Origin: Octopus vulgaris
Taxonomy: Eukaryota
Assembly: GCA_951406725.2 (NCBI GenBank)
Contig: OX597825.1
Coordinates: forward strand, 85,560,001 to 85,624,000
Length of the DNA: 64,000 nt
Direction: 5' to 3'
Shown piece by piece: positions 14,992 to 28,363 of the stretch. How positions within the stretch are numbered: position 1 is the stretch's first letter; each line of letters begins with the position of its first letter. The translations under genes and the position numbers were made by a program. Under the pieces are notes generated by a model that worked only from the letters and a program-made list of their open reading frames with translations, ran no database searches and was not told the DNA's origin.

Positions 14992-15229
14992 GCAGTTATG
15001 CAACTACGTGTGTATGTGAATGTTTCTGTGTGTATATGTGCCTCTCAATTGAAATGTATGCATGAATATACATCAGTTCACGTACTTTCACATGCACACA
15101 TTCACTCACATGCTTACAGTCACATACGTACACACGTATATACACACATAGATATACGTACACTAACGCTTGCACCTATGTACGCACACACACACTGTCA
15201 TTGATGTAGAATCTGATATTGATGGCAGA

Positions 15230-15700
15230 TATTTTCGAAAATACCATAAAAAAACAAAATTTATAATTGCTTATAAATAAATTAATTTTATACCAAAGTT
15301 TGAATTGTTTAAGAGGAATTTTTTGGTGACATTTCCTTGTACAAGTTTTCTTTCCTGCTTAGAAATTATCTGTACTTTACCTTGGTCTAAAACTTAAGAT
15401 TAGATTTAAATTGAATTGAGTGTATCTGTTGCCGGTACTGTAGGAAATATGCATAAATGTATTCGACCTCTTCCACCAAGATTTGATCTCAGGCCCTGAG
15501 GCATCATATGAGAATCGTATGTCATTTTGGTCTCTAACGTTTCTACCATTATTAGACGGATTTAAAATGATTGATAAAAGAGTCGCAGTTGGAAGAATGT
15601 AGTCGGTTTTGATTAAGAAAAAAATCAAGATGGTTTTTAGGCAGAAAGCAATTTAAATAAACATTTCAGATATTTATAATGGAACAATGTCATGATAGTA
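15230..15700 (-). pseudogene. Possible decayed Penelope-like RT fragment
   Basis: AT-rich coding-like relic with weak thumb-region resemblance (HSSN); many stops. Confidence 0.3.
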
Positions 15701-16180
15701 GGATATGTAGTCGTCCAAAGTGTTAAAAATAACAACCAAATCTCCCTCAAATCACGAAACAGCCTGAAAAAATTTATTCGCCACTTTAGTAGTAGATATA
15801 CTAAACAAATAGGATGGTTAAGGTTGCCAAAACGTTTGACCAGAGTTTATTCTGCGTAAGAGTATAATTAATAAACGATGACAAACGCATCTAATTAAGG
15901 AATTACGTTTAATCAAAAGGCGTATGAATGACTTGTGGCTTTATGATTAATGATTAACGACTGATATTTCAATGAATTGTCAAGGAAAATTAACAGACAA
16001 ATGTCTGGCATGCTATCATATGTTACAGTACATGTAGAAGTGTTTTACAAATGGCATTATATATATATAAATATATATATATGTATACATGATGTCTATT
16101 TATGCGTGTATGTATGTATGTATGTATGTATGTATGAATGTAAGTATGTATGTATGTATGCATGTATGTATGAATGTAAG

Positions 16181-16214
<34 letters not shown>

Positions 16215-16443
16215 TTATGTATGTATGTTGGTTGGTAGGTAGGTATGTATGTAAGAGGAGTAAGATATAAAATCTGGAATCAGATATTCTGATGAAATTT
16301 CCAAGATTTTTGGCAATCAGACACTAATGGCGCAGTGGGTGATTTAAAGCTTTACCTGTAGCTGAAGAATCAATTATAGCGAAAAACTATTAGATTTAAT
16401 GTTACTGAAGCATAAACCAGCCACTGATCATATATACATATAC

Positions 16444-16513
<70 letters not shown>

Positions 16514-16843
16514 GGCATTAAAACGTTCGAAAAGATAGACAATACAAAGGCGGACAAGAGAAACAGCAATTAGGACAGGCCAAAAAGAGAGGGGTTGTTC
16601 TTGGCTTTCTTTCATCAGTCAAATACCAGAAATCACGACCATTTCGGACAGTTACACTTGAGATAGTTCGATATGGTTGCTCCCCAAAAAGTCTAAGCTA
16701 AAAGCATTAGACCCTTTTGTAACAAAGACAAACAAAAAAACAGAAGTCGAAGACAGATGTAGAAACAACAAACAGGTGTATTAGTTTAACGCTCGGGAAG
16801 AATGGAAAAGTCTTTTACGATTCGAGCCTAGGCTCTTTGTCAG

Positions 16844-16904
<61 letters not shown>

Positions 16905-17199
16905 CAAACCACCCAGATCCAGCATTTCACAATTATACTACAATGTCCTTCTTAAAATAAACAATCACATCATTGAAATGTCAAAGTTATGAGCTAATGC
17001 ATGATTAATACAGAGCCATGTAAATAAATAAGCATCTGACAGAGTAATCCTAATGCTATTAGTTTAAGCATAATATGAGAATATTTGGTGACGAGGTGAC
17101 TCAATGCCGAGTAGAGTCAAGTTTCGCTTAACAGCTTTACAACCATGAGTGTTTGACACTAGGAGAACAAGCCTTTAGGTGGTACTTGAATTCCAGTGT

Positions 17200-17790
17200 C
17201 AGAAGGTTCATAATGAGCTCAGAATGAATACAAAATGTGTAAGTTTGGTAAGATTGTTACATCAAATACCTGGAATTTTTGCAGGTAATTTGGTTTTGCA
17301 TGAACCGTAGCAAGGTATAATTATTGTGTGGGAACAAAAATTCAAACGGTCGAAAACAAATGAGATTTTAGTGTGGTTTTTCTCTTGAAATGGAAAAGAT
17401 AAAATGCAACACGCTAGATTTTGTAGTCGTTGACTGGAACATAAAGAAACTCTATATTTGATCGATGTGGCTTATACATTTGACACCAGAGTAAAAAGAA
17501 TGGGAAAAGAAAAGGAAAAATATTCTAAGCTTGAAATACACTTCAGGTGCTGGAAGATGTTAATATAGTCATGATATTCATTGGTTAATATTGAAATTTT
17601 AGGAACAGTGACGAATGAGTTGTGAACCAAGCTTTAAAAAATTTGTTGTCATCCTGGATGCAGATGCAGTGTAGAAGACATGTCTGCTAAGTTCAGCAAG
17701 GATTACTCGAAAGTTCTTCAATACATTGTAAAAGCAGATATAAAGAGCAGAAGGTACAAAATGCTCCTCTCTGTAGACTATGAGTTAACG
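17200..17790 (+). pseudogene. Decayed R4/Dong-like LINE restriction-like endonuclease end
   Basis: LDFVVVDW...IDVAYTFDTRV...KEKYSKL...LGTV...KTCLLSSARITRK, followed by AAT repeats. Confidence 0.7.
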
Positions 17791-17867
17791 CTCGGTAGAA
17801 AACATAATTATATCGGAAGAAACAGCAGTTCCATGAAACAAGAGAGCAGGACTAATAATAATAATGA

Positions 17868-18214
17868 TAATCCTTTCTACTATAGGCACAAGGCCTGAAA
17901 TATGGAGAAATGGGACTAGTCGATTTCATCGTATTTCACGGAATTTTAACTCAGAACGTAAAGACAGAGGAAATACCTATTTCTATTTCTTTACCACCCA
18001 CAAGGGGCTAAACACAGAGAGGACAAACAAGGACAGAAAAACGGATTAAGTCGATTATATCGACCCCAGTGCGTAACTGGTACTTATTTAATCGACCCCG
18101 AAAGGATGAAAGGCAAAGTCGACCTCGGCGGAATTTGAATTCAGAACGTAAAGACGAAATACCGCTAAGCTTTTCGCCCGGCGTGCTAACGTTTCAGCCA
18201 GCTCCCATCGCCTT
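17868..18214 (-). mobile_element. Two adjacent SINE-A copies (one internally deleted, one with an alternative 3' tail)
   Basis: Family body in reverse at 18048-18214 and 17868-17975; 17978-18047 is a different tail ending in AAGAAATAGAAATAG. Confidence 0.88.
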
Positions 18215-18219
18215 AAATA

Positions 18220-18268
<49 letters not shown>

Positions 18269-18884
18269 TGATGATGATGATGATGATGATGCTGATGATG
18301 ATTATGATTTCTTTTATATGCCACCAGGGCGAAGGATGAGGGGTTCAATACAAAGACAGACATAAAGTATAGAGATTTACGTATAATGAAATGATTTTTT
18401 ATAAAAAAAGGAATGTATACAATAATAGAAAGAGGGGAGGAATACATCGTATACAAGAGTAAGACAGAAGAAGAATAGGTTAAAGCATAGTAGTGATACA
18501 GGAGGACATCAAAGGATAACAAAGGAATCCTGATGTCGAAGATATCCCTGAACACCAAGGGCAACTCCCCTCCATTCCTTTTCTCTGACTCACAGACCTA
18601 CACTTAGAGCGGTACCATCCACTCTTGCCCTTTTCGACACTCGTCCACTTTTCAATAAATTTACTAGAGGACAGCACCTCTCTCTCCCCTCCTCCATCTC
18701 TCATTTTCTCTCTCTCTCTCTCCATGTAAACTTTCCTTTTCAGTGATGGAAACAGCGAATATCCTGCAGAATGGATTGTCTGTCTGAGGTTACATAACTT
18801 GACAGGCGATCAGTTAAACGATCCAGTGTTAACAAGATCATCAACGAGAAAATGAAGGAAAACTACTATTACTACTACTACTAC

Positions 18885-18959
<75 letters not shown>

Positions 18960-19280
18960 CAACAACAACAATAATAATTTAGTTTTAAGCAGCAAGCATT
19001 GGAGTTCTCGAGATGCTTTCAAGAATCAATGTCGTTATCATACTATTATAATAGAAATGCTTCTATTATATTCACGAACATATTTATCAGAAGTGTGTGC
19101 CTGTGTGTGTATGTGTGTGTATGTCTTAGCTTGCGTGTATGCGTGTGTGTACGAGTCTATTCATATTAGACACTTACAAACAGGAATATGCGTGTGCACG
19201 TGCATACACTCATACACAGTCACACACGCATATACGCACGTATATATGTGTGTGTGTGTGTGTCTGTGTGTCTGTGTATG

Positions 19281-19320
<40 letters not shown>

Positions 19321-19465
19321 CACACACATATATATATATATGTATATATGTATATATATCTATATATTTATATATATATATTATATACATAAATATATAT
19401 ATATATATTATATACATATATATATATTATATACACACATGCATATATATATATATAATGAAATA

Positions 19466-19726
19466 AGCCCGTCGTGTATATGTGTGTGTGTTTGTCTGTG
19501 TGAGTGTGTATGTTTGTGTGCTGGTGCTTGTTCCCCCAACATCGCTTGACAAGCGAGGCTGGCGTGTTTAAGTCCCCGCAACTTAACGGTTCGGCAAAAG
19601 AGACCGATAGAATAAGTAGTAGACTTCCAAAGAATAAATCCTGAGGTCGATTTATTCGACTAAATGCAGTGCTCCAGCGTGGCCGCAGTCAAATGACTGA
19701 AATATGTAAAAGAATAAAAGAATAAA
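19466..19726 (+). mobile_element. SINE-B, 3' half
   Basis: CATCGCTTGACAA...GGTTCGGCAAAAGAGACCGATAGAATAAG...GTGCTCCAGCGTGGCCGCAGTCAAATGACTGAAA. Confidence 0.87.
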
Positions 19727-20429
19727 TACATATATATATAGAGAGAGAAATATATGTGAGAAAAGGTTGAGTTCCATATCATCCTTTACTTTGGTGGGGT
19801 TCCAGAAGTAAATTTCTAATAAAGATTCTTCATATACCATTGGTAGTTTGCTGTTGTAAGAATTTTTCGAATATGAAAACGTTACAAATATAAAGTGTTT
19901 TATGAGAATTTATAGAACACATATCCTAAAGAAACTCAACAAACAATTTAAGATGGAGAAGAGAAAGTGTTATAAGTTTTTAAAATTTCATCTATGCATA
20001 CGATCGTTTCGAACGGTAATATTAATATGTAAATAACATTGTAAAAAGTTAATGTAATTATGATTAAATTAATTACATATTACTGTTCTCCTCTGTTCGA
20101 AGAAAGAATCCATCAGAAGAATGTTATGATGTCACAGAAGACAGGGTGGAGTGAGAGTCACATATTCAGATATACATAATATCTTTTTGAATGATAAACA
20201 CATGCAAAGATAGTCTTGAGTCTAGTTGTGTATAAACTATAACCATATGTGTTATAGATCATACACATTGTCGTTGAATGCTCGAAATGAGGAGTAGATA
20301 AACAACCAACTGATGAAGGGTCCTTTCTGTGTTTACTTGTTCTGTCCGCCATTTTTTCGCGTTGTTTACGTATTTCATGTTATTTGCACCGTTAGTGACG
20401 TCCTGTACCATGTATATATATATATATAC

Positions 20430-20470
<41 letters not shown>

Positions 20471-20761
20471 TACTTATTAATTATCATATATGTGTGCGTG
20501 AGTGTATATATATATATATATATATATATTGATAGATAGATAGATAGATATATTGTATATATTATTTCCTGCAGTATTAAGAAGACCGAGTACGATGTGT
20601 TACACTACATGCCCCCCCACCACCACCCCAAAAAAGAATAAGGCGCAAAACACCTAAACACACATGAACGCACACGCATGACTGGAAGCCCCCCTCCCTC
20701 TTTGTTTTATATATATACACACACCTATATACAAACTGTATATACACACGCACACTCATGC

Positions 20762-20826
<65 letters not shown>

Positions 20827-20864
20827 TGTATGTATGTATGTATGTATGTATGAATTTATGTATG

Positions 20865-20936
<72 letters not shown>

Positions 20937-21391
20937 TATACACACACACACACACAGAGGTGCGTGTGTGCGTCTACAAGTTTCTGATATGAAATGTAAT
21001 TTAAGAACTTGCTGAAATGTCTTCCGTTCCAATTCTGCAACGTGACTCGGGATTCTTTGTGTTTCCATTTAACTGTCGGCCATATCTACCGTGTGTCATG
21101 CTAGAGTTACATTCATAAGCCGGCTCTCAGTCTTTAATCTTTATTCTTTCACTAGATATATTCATTCGTGAAGAGGTTATAGATACAAATCAATATCTAT
21201 GATCACCATCCTTTTTTTTCTTTTTCTATGATTTCGTAATGACTCATCTGTATTAGAGAGTATCGCAACTTTGGCCCTTTTTTTAAGGGGTCTCCAGGAC
21301 AGCTGGAATTGCGAGTATTCTCGTCAAATTACCTGTAATACAGGTGATTAAACCTTTCCAAAGGTATTGACGGAAACGTTGGTTATACAAA

Positions 21392-21439
<48 letters not shown>

Positions 21440-21441
<2 letters not shown>

Positions 21442-21570
21442 TTATTTTATAGAAGGAGCTTTACAGGACTAGTACTGTTTCATTCAAATGAAATCACCAG
21501 GAAGCTTCCTGATGATTTCTTTTGAATGAAACAGTTCTAGTCCTGTAGAAGCTCCTTCTATAAAATAAAT
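21440..21570. repeat. Near-perfect 131-bp palindrome containing hammerhead core boxes
   Basis: Arms are symmetric around AAGCTT (21502-21507); the right arm has CTGATGA...GAAAC...GTC. Confidence 0.85.
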
Positions 21571-21635
21571 TAATTTACTCTGCAATGTATTGAGTACCTT
21601 ATTTACTGTGGTTAACCCCGACTCAACCCGGAACC

Positions 21636-21694
<59 letters not shown>

Positions 21695-21769
21695 TCATAC
21701 ATACATATTTATGTATGTACGTATGTAGCATGTATATGTATATATACACATGCATATACATACATATCT

Positions 21770-22190
21770 TATCTTTTACCTGTTCCAGTCATCAGACTGT
21801 AGCCATTCTGGAACACAACCTTTAAGTATTATAGTCGGACGGATCGACGGCCGTACTTTATTTCAAAACCTGTTACTAATTCTTTCGACCTCTTTCTTCG
21901 GAATCGCTAGCTTAGCACCCGGTGTAAAGCCGGTGGGGGGGGGGGGGACAAAGACATATATATATATATACATACATGCACGTTTGTATATACGACGGGC
22001 TACTTTCAGTTTCCGTCTACCAAATTCGCTTACATGGCGAACCTATAAACATATATATATATATATATATATACACGTACAAGTATATGAATATACGTAC
22101 ATGAACAAATGTATACATATATATGTATGTTCTTTTTCCTCTTTTACTCGTTTCAGCCATGCGGCTGCGGACATGCTGGAGCACCACCTC
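21770..22190 (-). mobile_element. Diverged SINE-B plus a separate SINE-B/LINE-type 3' tail (22130-22190)
   Basis: CGACGGGCTACTTTCAGTTTCCGTCTACCAAAT in reverse; tail TTTCAGCCATGCGGCTGCGGACATGCTGGAGCACC. Confidence 0.75.
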
Positions 22191-22327
22191 GGTCTTGTAT
22201 TCTTCAGTCTGGTGTTTCACATTACTACTCTTTTATATGCCTTTGATCCATATAAAATTATACATGTATGTACAGTAATGTATGTATATGTACACACATA
22301 CACATATAGACACACACACACACACAT

Positions 22328-22361
<34 letters not shown>

Positions 22362-22926
22362 CAAGACATAATGACATAATGACATATATTAAGTATATCT
22401 GAGATATTATTTTACCTGATGTAGACTCCTCCCACAAACAGGTGTGGTTTTGAATATATGATATCATTATTATAATGATATCATGGTTACAATTATAATA
22501 TATGATAATTATGTCACTTTTATTTGACCATTCACAGAACCTGTTATATATCAATGTAGACTTCTCTTACGTAGATGTCTTTGCGAACGTTGTAGCAGGC
22601 GGAATGAAGTGAAATTGCTCCACCTGGATATTTAAATGACACTACGTTCTGGATCTCACCCCTTACAGCAAAGCTGTATATCTTTTATGAGGAAATTATG
22701 TCATTTGAAAGTTAATTAACAATTTATAGTTCGAATGAAACTGACGTAATTTATAAACGAGCGTCTGTTGTATGTCTGGAACAGTTTTTTTTGTACAAAT
22801 TTCATTACTTGCGTCAGTGTTCATTACTTTGTAATGAGGGTTTCAATCTGCATCTAAAGCTTGCTATTTTTTATTATATCTCTGCTTAATTGCGCAGTTC
22901 ATATTTAAAGTATCTTTATACATGTA

Positions 22927-22977
<51 letters not shown>

Positions 22978-23114
22978 GGCCGCTTGTCTTACCAACGGGG
23001 TGGCATCATTTGGAACCCAAAACGATGCAAAGCCCATTGTAACCAATGTCCGGTTGTCTCATCGATCACGTGATTACAATACACATATGCATAAACATAC
23101 GTATATAAACACAT

Positions 23115-23190
<76 letters not shown>

Positions 23191-23581
23191 GTATGTATAT
23201 ATATGTATTGTATGTATGTGTGTGTATGTAATTATAAATGTATGTCTGCACACGTGTATGTATATGATCTTTCCTGATTTTTAATTATTTGAAGTCGTTC
23301 AAGTCTTCCTGTAAGAAAGGAACTGCTTTCTAACAAGGAGACAAAGCTCTGTCATTCGAATATCGATAACAAAAGCATTATCACATTTTACATTTCAGAA
23401 AATCTCTCATACTGTAAGGTTCCGCTTACAGATTCTATTTGTATTGTGCGTGTTAGCTGGTTTTATTCTTCTTGTCCAGATTGTTGATTAAGCATCTACT
23501 AATTAAACCATGGGCACCAATTATTATTTGTATTAATGTGTGTCTATAATCTACATGTAGAATTTGATGGATGCATTTACG

Positions 23582-23639
<58 letters not shown>

Positions 23640-24056
23640 TATAGATATATATATATATTGCTCCAATCCTGCCAACCCCAAGTAAAAACTAAGCTAAGAG
23701 CATTAGATTCCGTGGAAGAAAGCAGCGAATGTATACGAAAACAAGGACGATACATACACACACACACACACTCGTGTGTGTGTGTGTGTGTGTATGGGAG
23801 GGGTGTATGTATACCTGTATATGTAATATATGGGTGTGTTTAGGTGCGTATGAATGACGAGCCCTTAACAGTTTACTTATAATGTTTGTTACATAAATTT
23901 TTCCTAAATTATTCTCGCTCTTTTTATGATAGTTATCTGAATATTTCAGATTCTTGTATCTTTCCTTTCTGTCTGCTAGTCCAATTCCAGTTATGGTCGT
24001 TCCAATGAAACAGTTCTGGCAACAAAGACTGGGAAACATTTCATTTTATACATTTA

Positions 24057-24261
24057 CAGTATTCCGTCGCCATATCGCAGTTCACCTATCGCGCACTCAG
24101 TACATCGCGGATTTTTCTGGTTAATATATGTAAATTCATAACGCGGCCTCCTCAGTATATCTGGGTTTCTTTGGCGGATAGGTATTTATATTTCTTTAGA
24201 TTTTAGTTATTTCTATGGGAGGTTTTGAAATGTAACACCCGCGATAATCGAGGTATTGTTG
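24057..24261. mobile_element. Tigger/pogo-like MITE
   Basis: TA-CAGTATTCCGTCGCCATATCGC...GCGATAATCGAGGTATTGTTG-TA degenerate TIRs. Confidence 0.55.
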
Positions 24262-24299
24262 TAAACATATAACGATCAAAACGGTTGTGTTCACATAAG

Positions 24300-24484
24300 C
24301 TCTAAGCTCACTTCCGCCATCAAATCGACACCACCTATACAGGTGCCCCATGTGCCACATGTGAGATAACGAAATGATCTTAGAATGAAGAGCTTTGCTC
24401 AAGAACACAACGCTCGCACTTGGAATCGAAACCACGATCTTACAATCGGGATGCAACACCTTAACCACGAAGCTATGCGCCTTC
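24300..24484 (-). mobile_element. tRNA-derived SINE (C-type head)
   Basis: Reverse strand reads GAAGGCGCATAGCTTCGTGGTTAAGG...GGTTTCGATTCC...GTTGTGTTCTTGAGCAAAG. Confidence 0.7.
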
Positions 24485-24576
24485 ACCCACCACCATCCAC
24501 ATATATATATGCATGTATGTAGATATATGTGTGTGTTTATATATATATATATATATACACACACGCACATACATAA

Positions 24577-24616
<40 letters not shown>

Positions 24617-24787
24617 AATATATATATGTATACACACACACATATATATATATACATACACACTCACACACATATATATACATTCATACATACACATATA
24701 TATATACACATACATATATATACACATCCACACACACATATACATACACATACACATATACATATATACACACACACCCACTCACAC

Positions 24788-24821
<34 letters not shown>

Positions 24822-24895
24822 GCACACATAAATCCATACATACACACACATACATATTTATCCGTATCTATACATCCTTTGCTCTTATCCTTCGG

Positions 24896-24926
<31 letters not shown>

Positions 24927-25687
24927 GCATAGATAATTAATAATTTCTAATTGCTTAATAAATGATGTGTGTCTAATTAGTGTTATTATGGAGTGCAGTG
25001 TTTAAAGAAATTGTTTCAAGGAATTCTGAGTCTTGAGAAATGGCCGCGAGGAAGGATAGTGATGAGATATTGGTATTTGTAACATTCAGTTGGCTTTTAT
25101 ATGGGAACCACATCAAAACCCAGGAAAACCGGCCCCTAGGGGTTATATTGATAACCTTTCCACTGGAAACAGCATGAACGTCACATATTCCTGAATCTAC
25201 CTGCAAAGAGTTGTTGTTGTTGTTGTTGTTATTGCCATTCTTTTATAGATAGTAAGCATCAGACTGAGCAGAACCAATGATCAAATAAATTCCAACCGCT
25301 TCTAAGACTAGACTATCAAATATGCCCTCTTTTGAAGACGTCAATGTATGATATGGCGGAGAGTTGGTTGCTACTTCTAGCAAGTTAAATAAACGTATTG
25401 ACATTTAAAAAGATGTTCCTGTTTGGTACCAGAAGATCTCTGATCAAGCAAACATATGATCAAAGTGCCCCAGGAATGACATTCTCGTCGAATGCAGAAC
25501 TACATTATCCAATGTCTTTCTGTTCCTTTCTTAAGACTTCAATGTGTGATTACAGGAGAATTAGTCGGTATTTCTAACAGGTCAAGCAACCACACCGGGC
25601 AGCTAGTATGTGCGTTTTTGACCCGGATTATTGGAAACTCAGTTTCTTTAAATACCGTGATATTGTAGATGTCACATGTATTGTTCG

Positions 25688-25980
25688 TTGTGTCCCGGAG
25701 GGAACACAAGGCGAAAACTCATGAGAGGGAGCATGCCAAATACCAAGAGATGCTAGAACAGTGCAGACATCAGGTGGGGCGGGCATGCTGGGAGGTACTT
25801 GAATTGAGATGCTGAGGTTTTGTAAGAGTCTTATTCTTCAACTTTCTAACTGGGCTTGAAGTGCGGTAAAGGGGAGAAGAATAAAGTGCTTCATTGAAGC
25901 TGCAGAGAAGTCCATTAGGTGACCCTGGATCGAGAGGTCAACCCTGCGGTTTGCTGCCAATGGGATGCAAGCCGGGATTT
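25688..25980 (+). pseudogene. Decayed HERO-like (REL) non-LTR element C-terminus
   Basis: THEREHAKYQEMLEQCRHQ...LELRC*GF...EAAEKSIR.PWIER matches the HERO pattern AHERK..KY..L...C...EVGCRGF...AEK.S.WLW.KR. Confidence 0.7.
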
Positions 25981-26542
25981 GCAATTAGCCCAACTCTAAT
26001 TGCATATTGTGAAACTGTTGCACCGCACGTTCGACGTACGATATAACGGAATAATAATAATAATAATGTCCTTGCAAATCGTTCTAGCCAAGATACTAGT
26101 AATGATCCTCGACAATACGCAACTCTCGGCTTTACTCTACTCTCGAACGCTCTCTACGTATGTCCATTTATGTTGTGGGGCAGTCGATTAGGTACCAACC
26201 AATAGGGGTGTTCTACTTCCACACAACAGAAACTAAGGAATCCCACAGCAGCGCACAGTACATTTATTTCTCTTCCATTCATTAACGAACGACTGTAACG
26301 ATGTTGTAAGTAGAATGGTCAAGAAAGTAATATTCTACACACTTAACACTTTGTTTGAGAGTGTGTAAGTGTGTGTGTGTGTGTGTGTGTGTGTATGAAT
26401 GAGTCCATGTCTGTAAGTGCCAGTGCATATAATGATACACACTAGAGAGCAACTTACGTAATTAGTGAGTTTTGATGTAAGAATTTCAATTTTAAATGCT
26501 TTAGATACACACAAATACACACAAATATGTATGTATCTATCC

Positions 26543-26612
<70 letters not shown>

Positions 26613-26824
26613 TCGCCATGAGAGATCGCTAGCCACTACACATTCTTTATTTTCTTTCCCTGTTTCTTTCTGTGTTCCTTTATGTGGAAGAGCGTAGGCT
26701 CGAAACGTTAAAGACTTTTTCTATTCCCGAGCGTTATACTAATACATCTGGGTTTTTTTTGTCTACACCACCTGTCTTCTGCTTTGTTTGTTTGTTTTTT
26801 TTGTGAATTCTCCCTATATATATA

Positions 26825-27049
26825 TCGGGTTGTCCGGAAAGTTCGCGCCGACTTTTCAAGGCAAGAAAAAGGTCAATAAATACTTGCCATTATATTTTTA
26901 ATCAACCAAATATGAACCATTTTGTTGCACAATGCGTCTCCATCTTTCCTTTAACTTGAAAATACCCTCTTCCCAGAATTGAGGTACCTGGGAGGGTAAG
27001 TCGAAAGGTAAGCTACTATAAATCTGCACGAACTTTCCGGACAACCCAA
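26825..27049 (-). mobile_element. Mariner-derived MITE
   Basis: TIRs GGGTTGTCCGGAAAGTTCG / CGAACTTTCCGGACAACCC with TA flanks; internal FWEEGIFKLKERWRRIVQQNGSYL is a mariner C-terminus. Confidence 0.9.
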
Positions 27050-27141
27050 TATAAGGATACGTATACATATCGATGTATATATGTATGCACGTATATATAT
27101 ATTGCCTGTGTATGTTTCTCTGTGTGTGCACACTTGTACGT

Positions 27142-27174
<33 letters not shown>

Positions 27175-27791
27175 AACACAGTCGGTCTACTAGAAATGAC
27201 AGTTAGTGTGTCTCTTCACACGCTACCGGTTTCCAAAAGATGACATGGTGAGGGCGAAAACGCTTTTCAACACAGACCTACTCCATCATGTCTGAGAGGA
27301 AGCGCCAACTACAACAGCGACAGTGCTATATGACACATCTAAATGCCCACAAACCTCTACACCCATACACACATAAGTGTGTGCGTTGATTAGATTGTTT
27401 AGATAAACGAACAAATCATAGCAGGAGGAGTCAGGTGTCAATTTTGTTCATATATGGAGATATTCGCGTGAGTTGAGTGAGTGAGGGTTAGATGTAGGTG
27501 TCGGGGTTTTGTTATGTAGGTGAACATAGCTTAAATAAACGCGGAATTCTATTGCGTTATGTTAATTATATATTCTTAAGAAATATCTTTTATTATCTCC
27601 CTCATAAAATATACATTCTCTTTAAAATATTCTTTTTTATAATGTATAGCTCAAAGGTGACACATGATTAAAACTAATAGAATTCTAAAAACCTACGAAA
27701 AAGCGTTTATAAGTAATTTTTATATTGGAAGTTCTCTCCGTATTTAAAATAACGTATTAAAATTACGAGGCTCCTCGACAAATAAAAAGGT

Positions 27792-28062
27792 GAGAGACGG
27801 CAACAACTGAACATTGTGAAAAAACAAAAGCTCGTCTGTTAAGGTTATATTCGAGAAAGCAGAGGTTTGGGAAGCATTATCATCGAAGGAAGAGTAAAGG
27901 GTAATAGATCAAGTGACAGGCAAAGAATGCAATGCGTGGACAATATCCCAAGCTGGTAGGACAAGAATGGCAAGGCAGCTGGAGAAGTCGCGCTTCATCG
28001 AGAAGACTTTCATTGGTGTGTCTTCAATGCGCTGCAGGCGAACGTTACACGACGTCGACGAC
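27792..28062 (+). pseudogene. Decayed RTE (BovB-like) LINE 3' end
   Basis: LNIVKKQKL..GYIRESRGLGSIIIEGRVKGNRSSDRQRMQCVDNIPSW with an ACG-repeat tail. Confidence 0.75.
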
Positions 28063-28309
28063 CATTGAAATTAAATTCACGAATATATTTATATAAACTT
28101 TGTTCCTTACGAATTCACAGGAAAATTAAAACAGAAGTATAGAATACCAATTAACCATAGTTCTATATTTAAGAGATGAGGAATTATATGTACATTATTT
28201 AGATATATTATTTAGATTTGACGGATATTTGTCCTCATCTTGTTTGTTGTTAACACCACGTTTCGGCTGATATACCCTCCAGCTTTCTCATTCCCAAGGT
28301 ATTTTTCGA

Positions 28310-28363
<54 letters not shown>

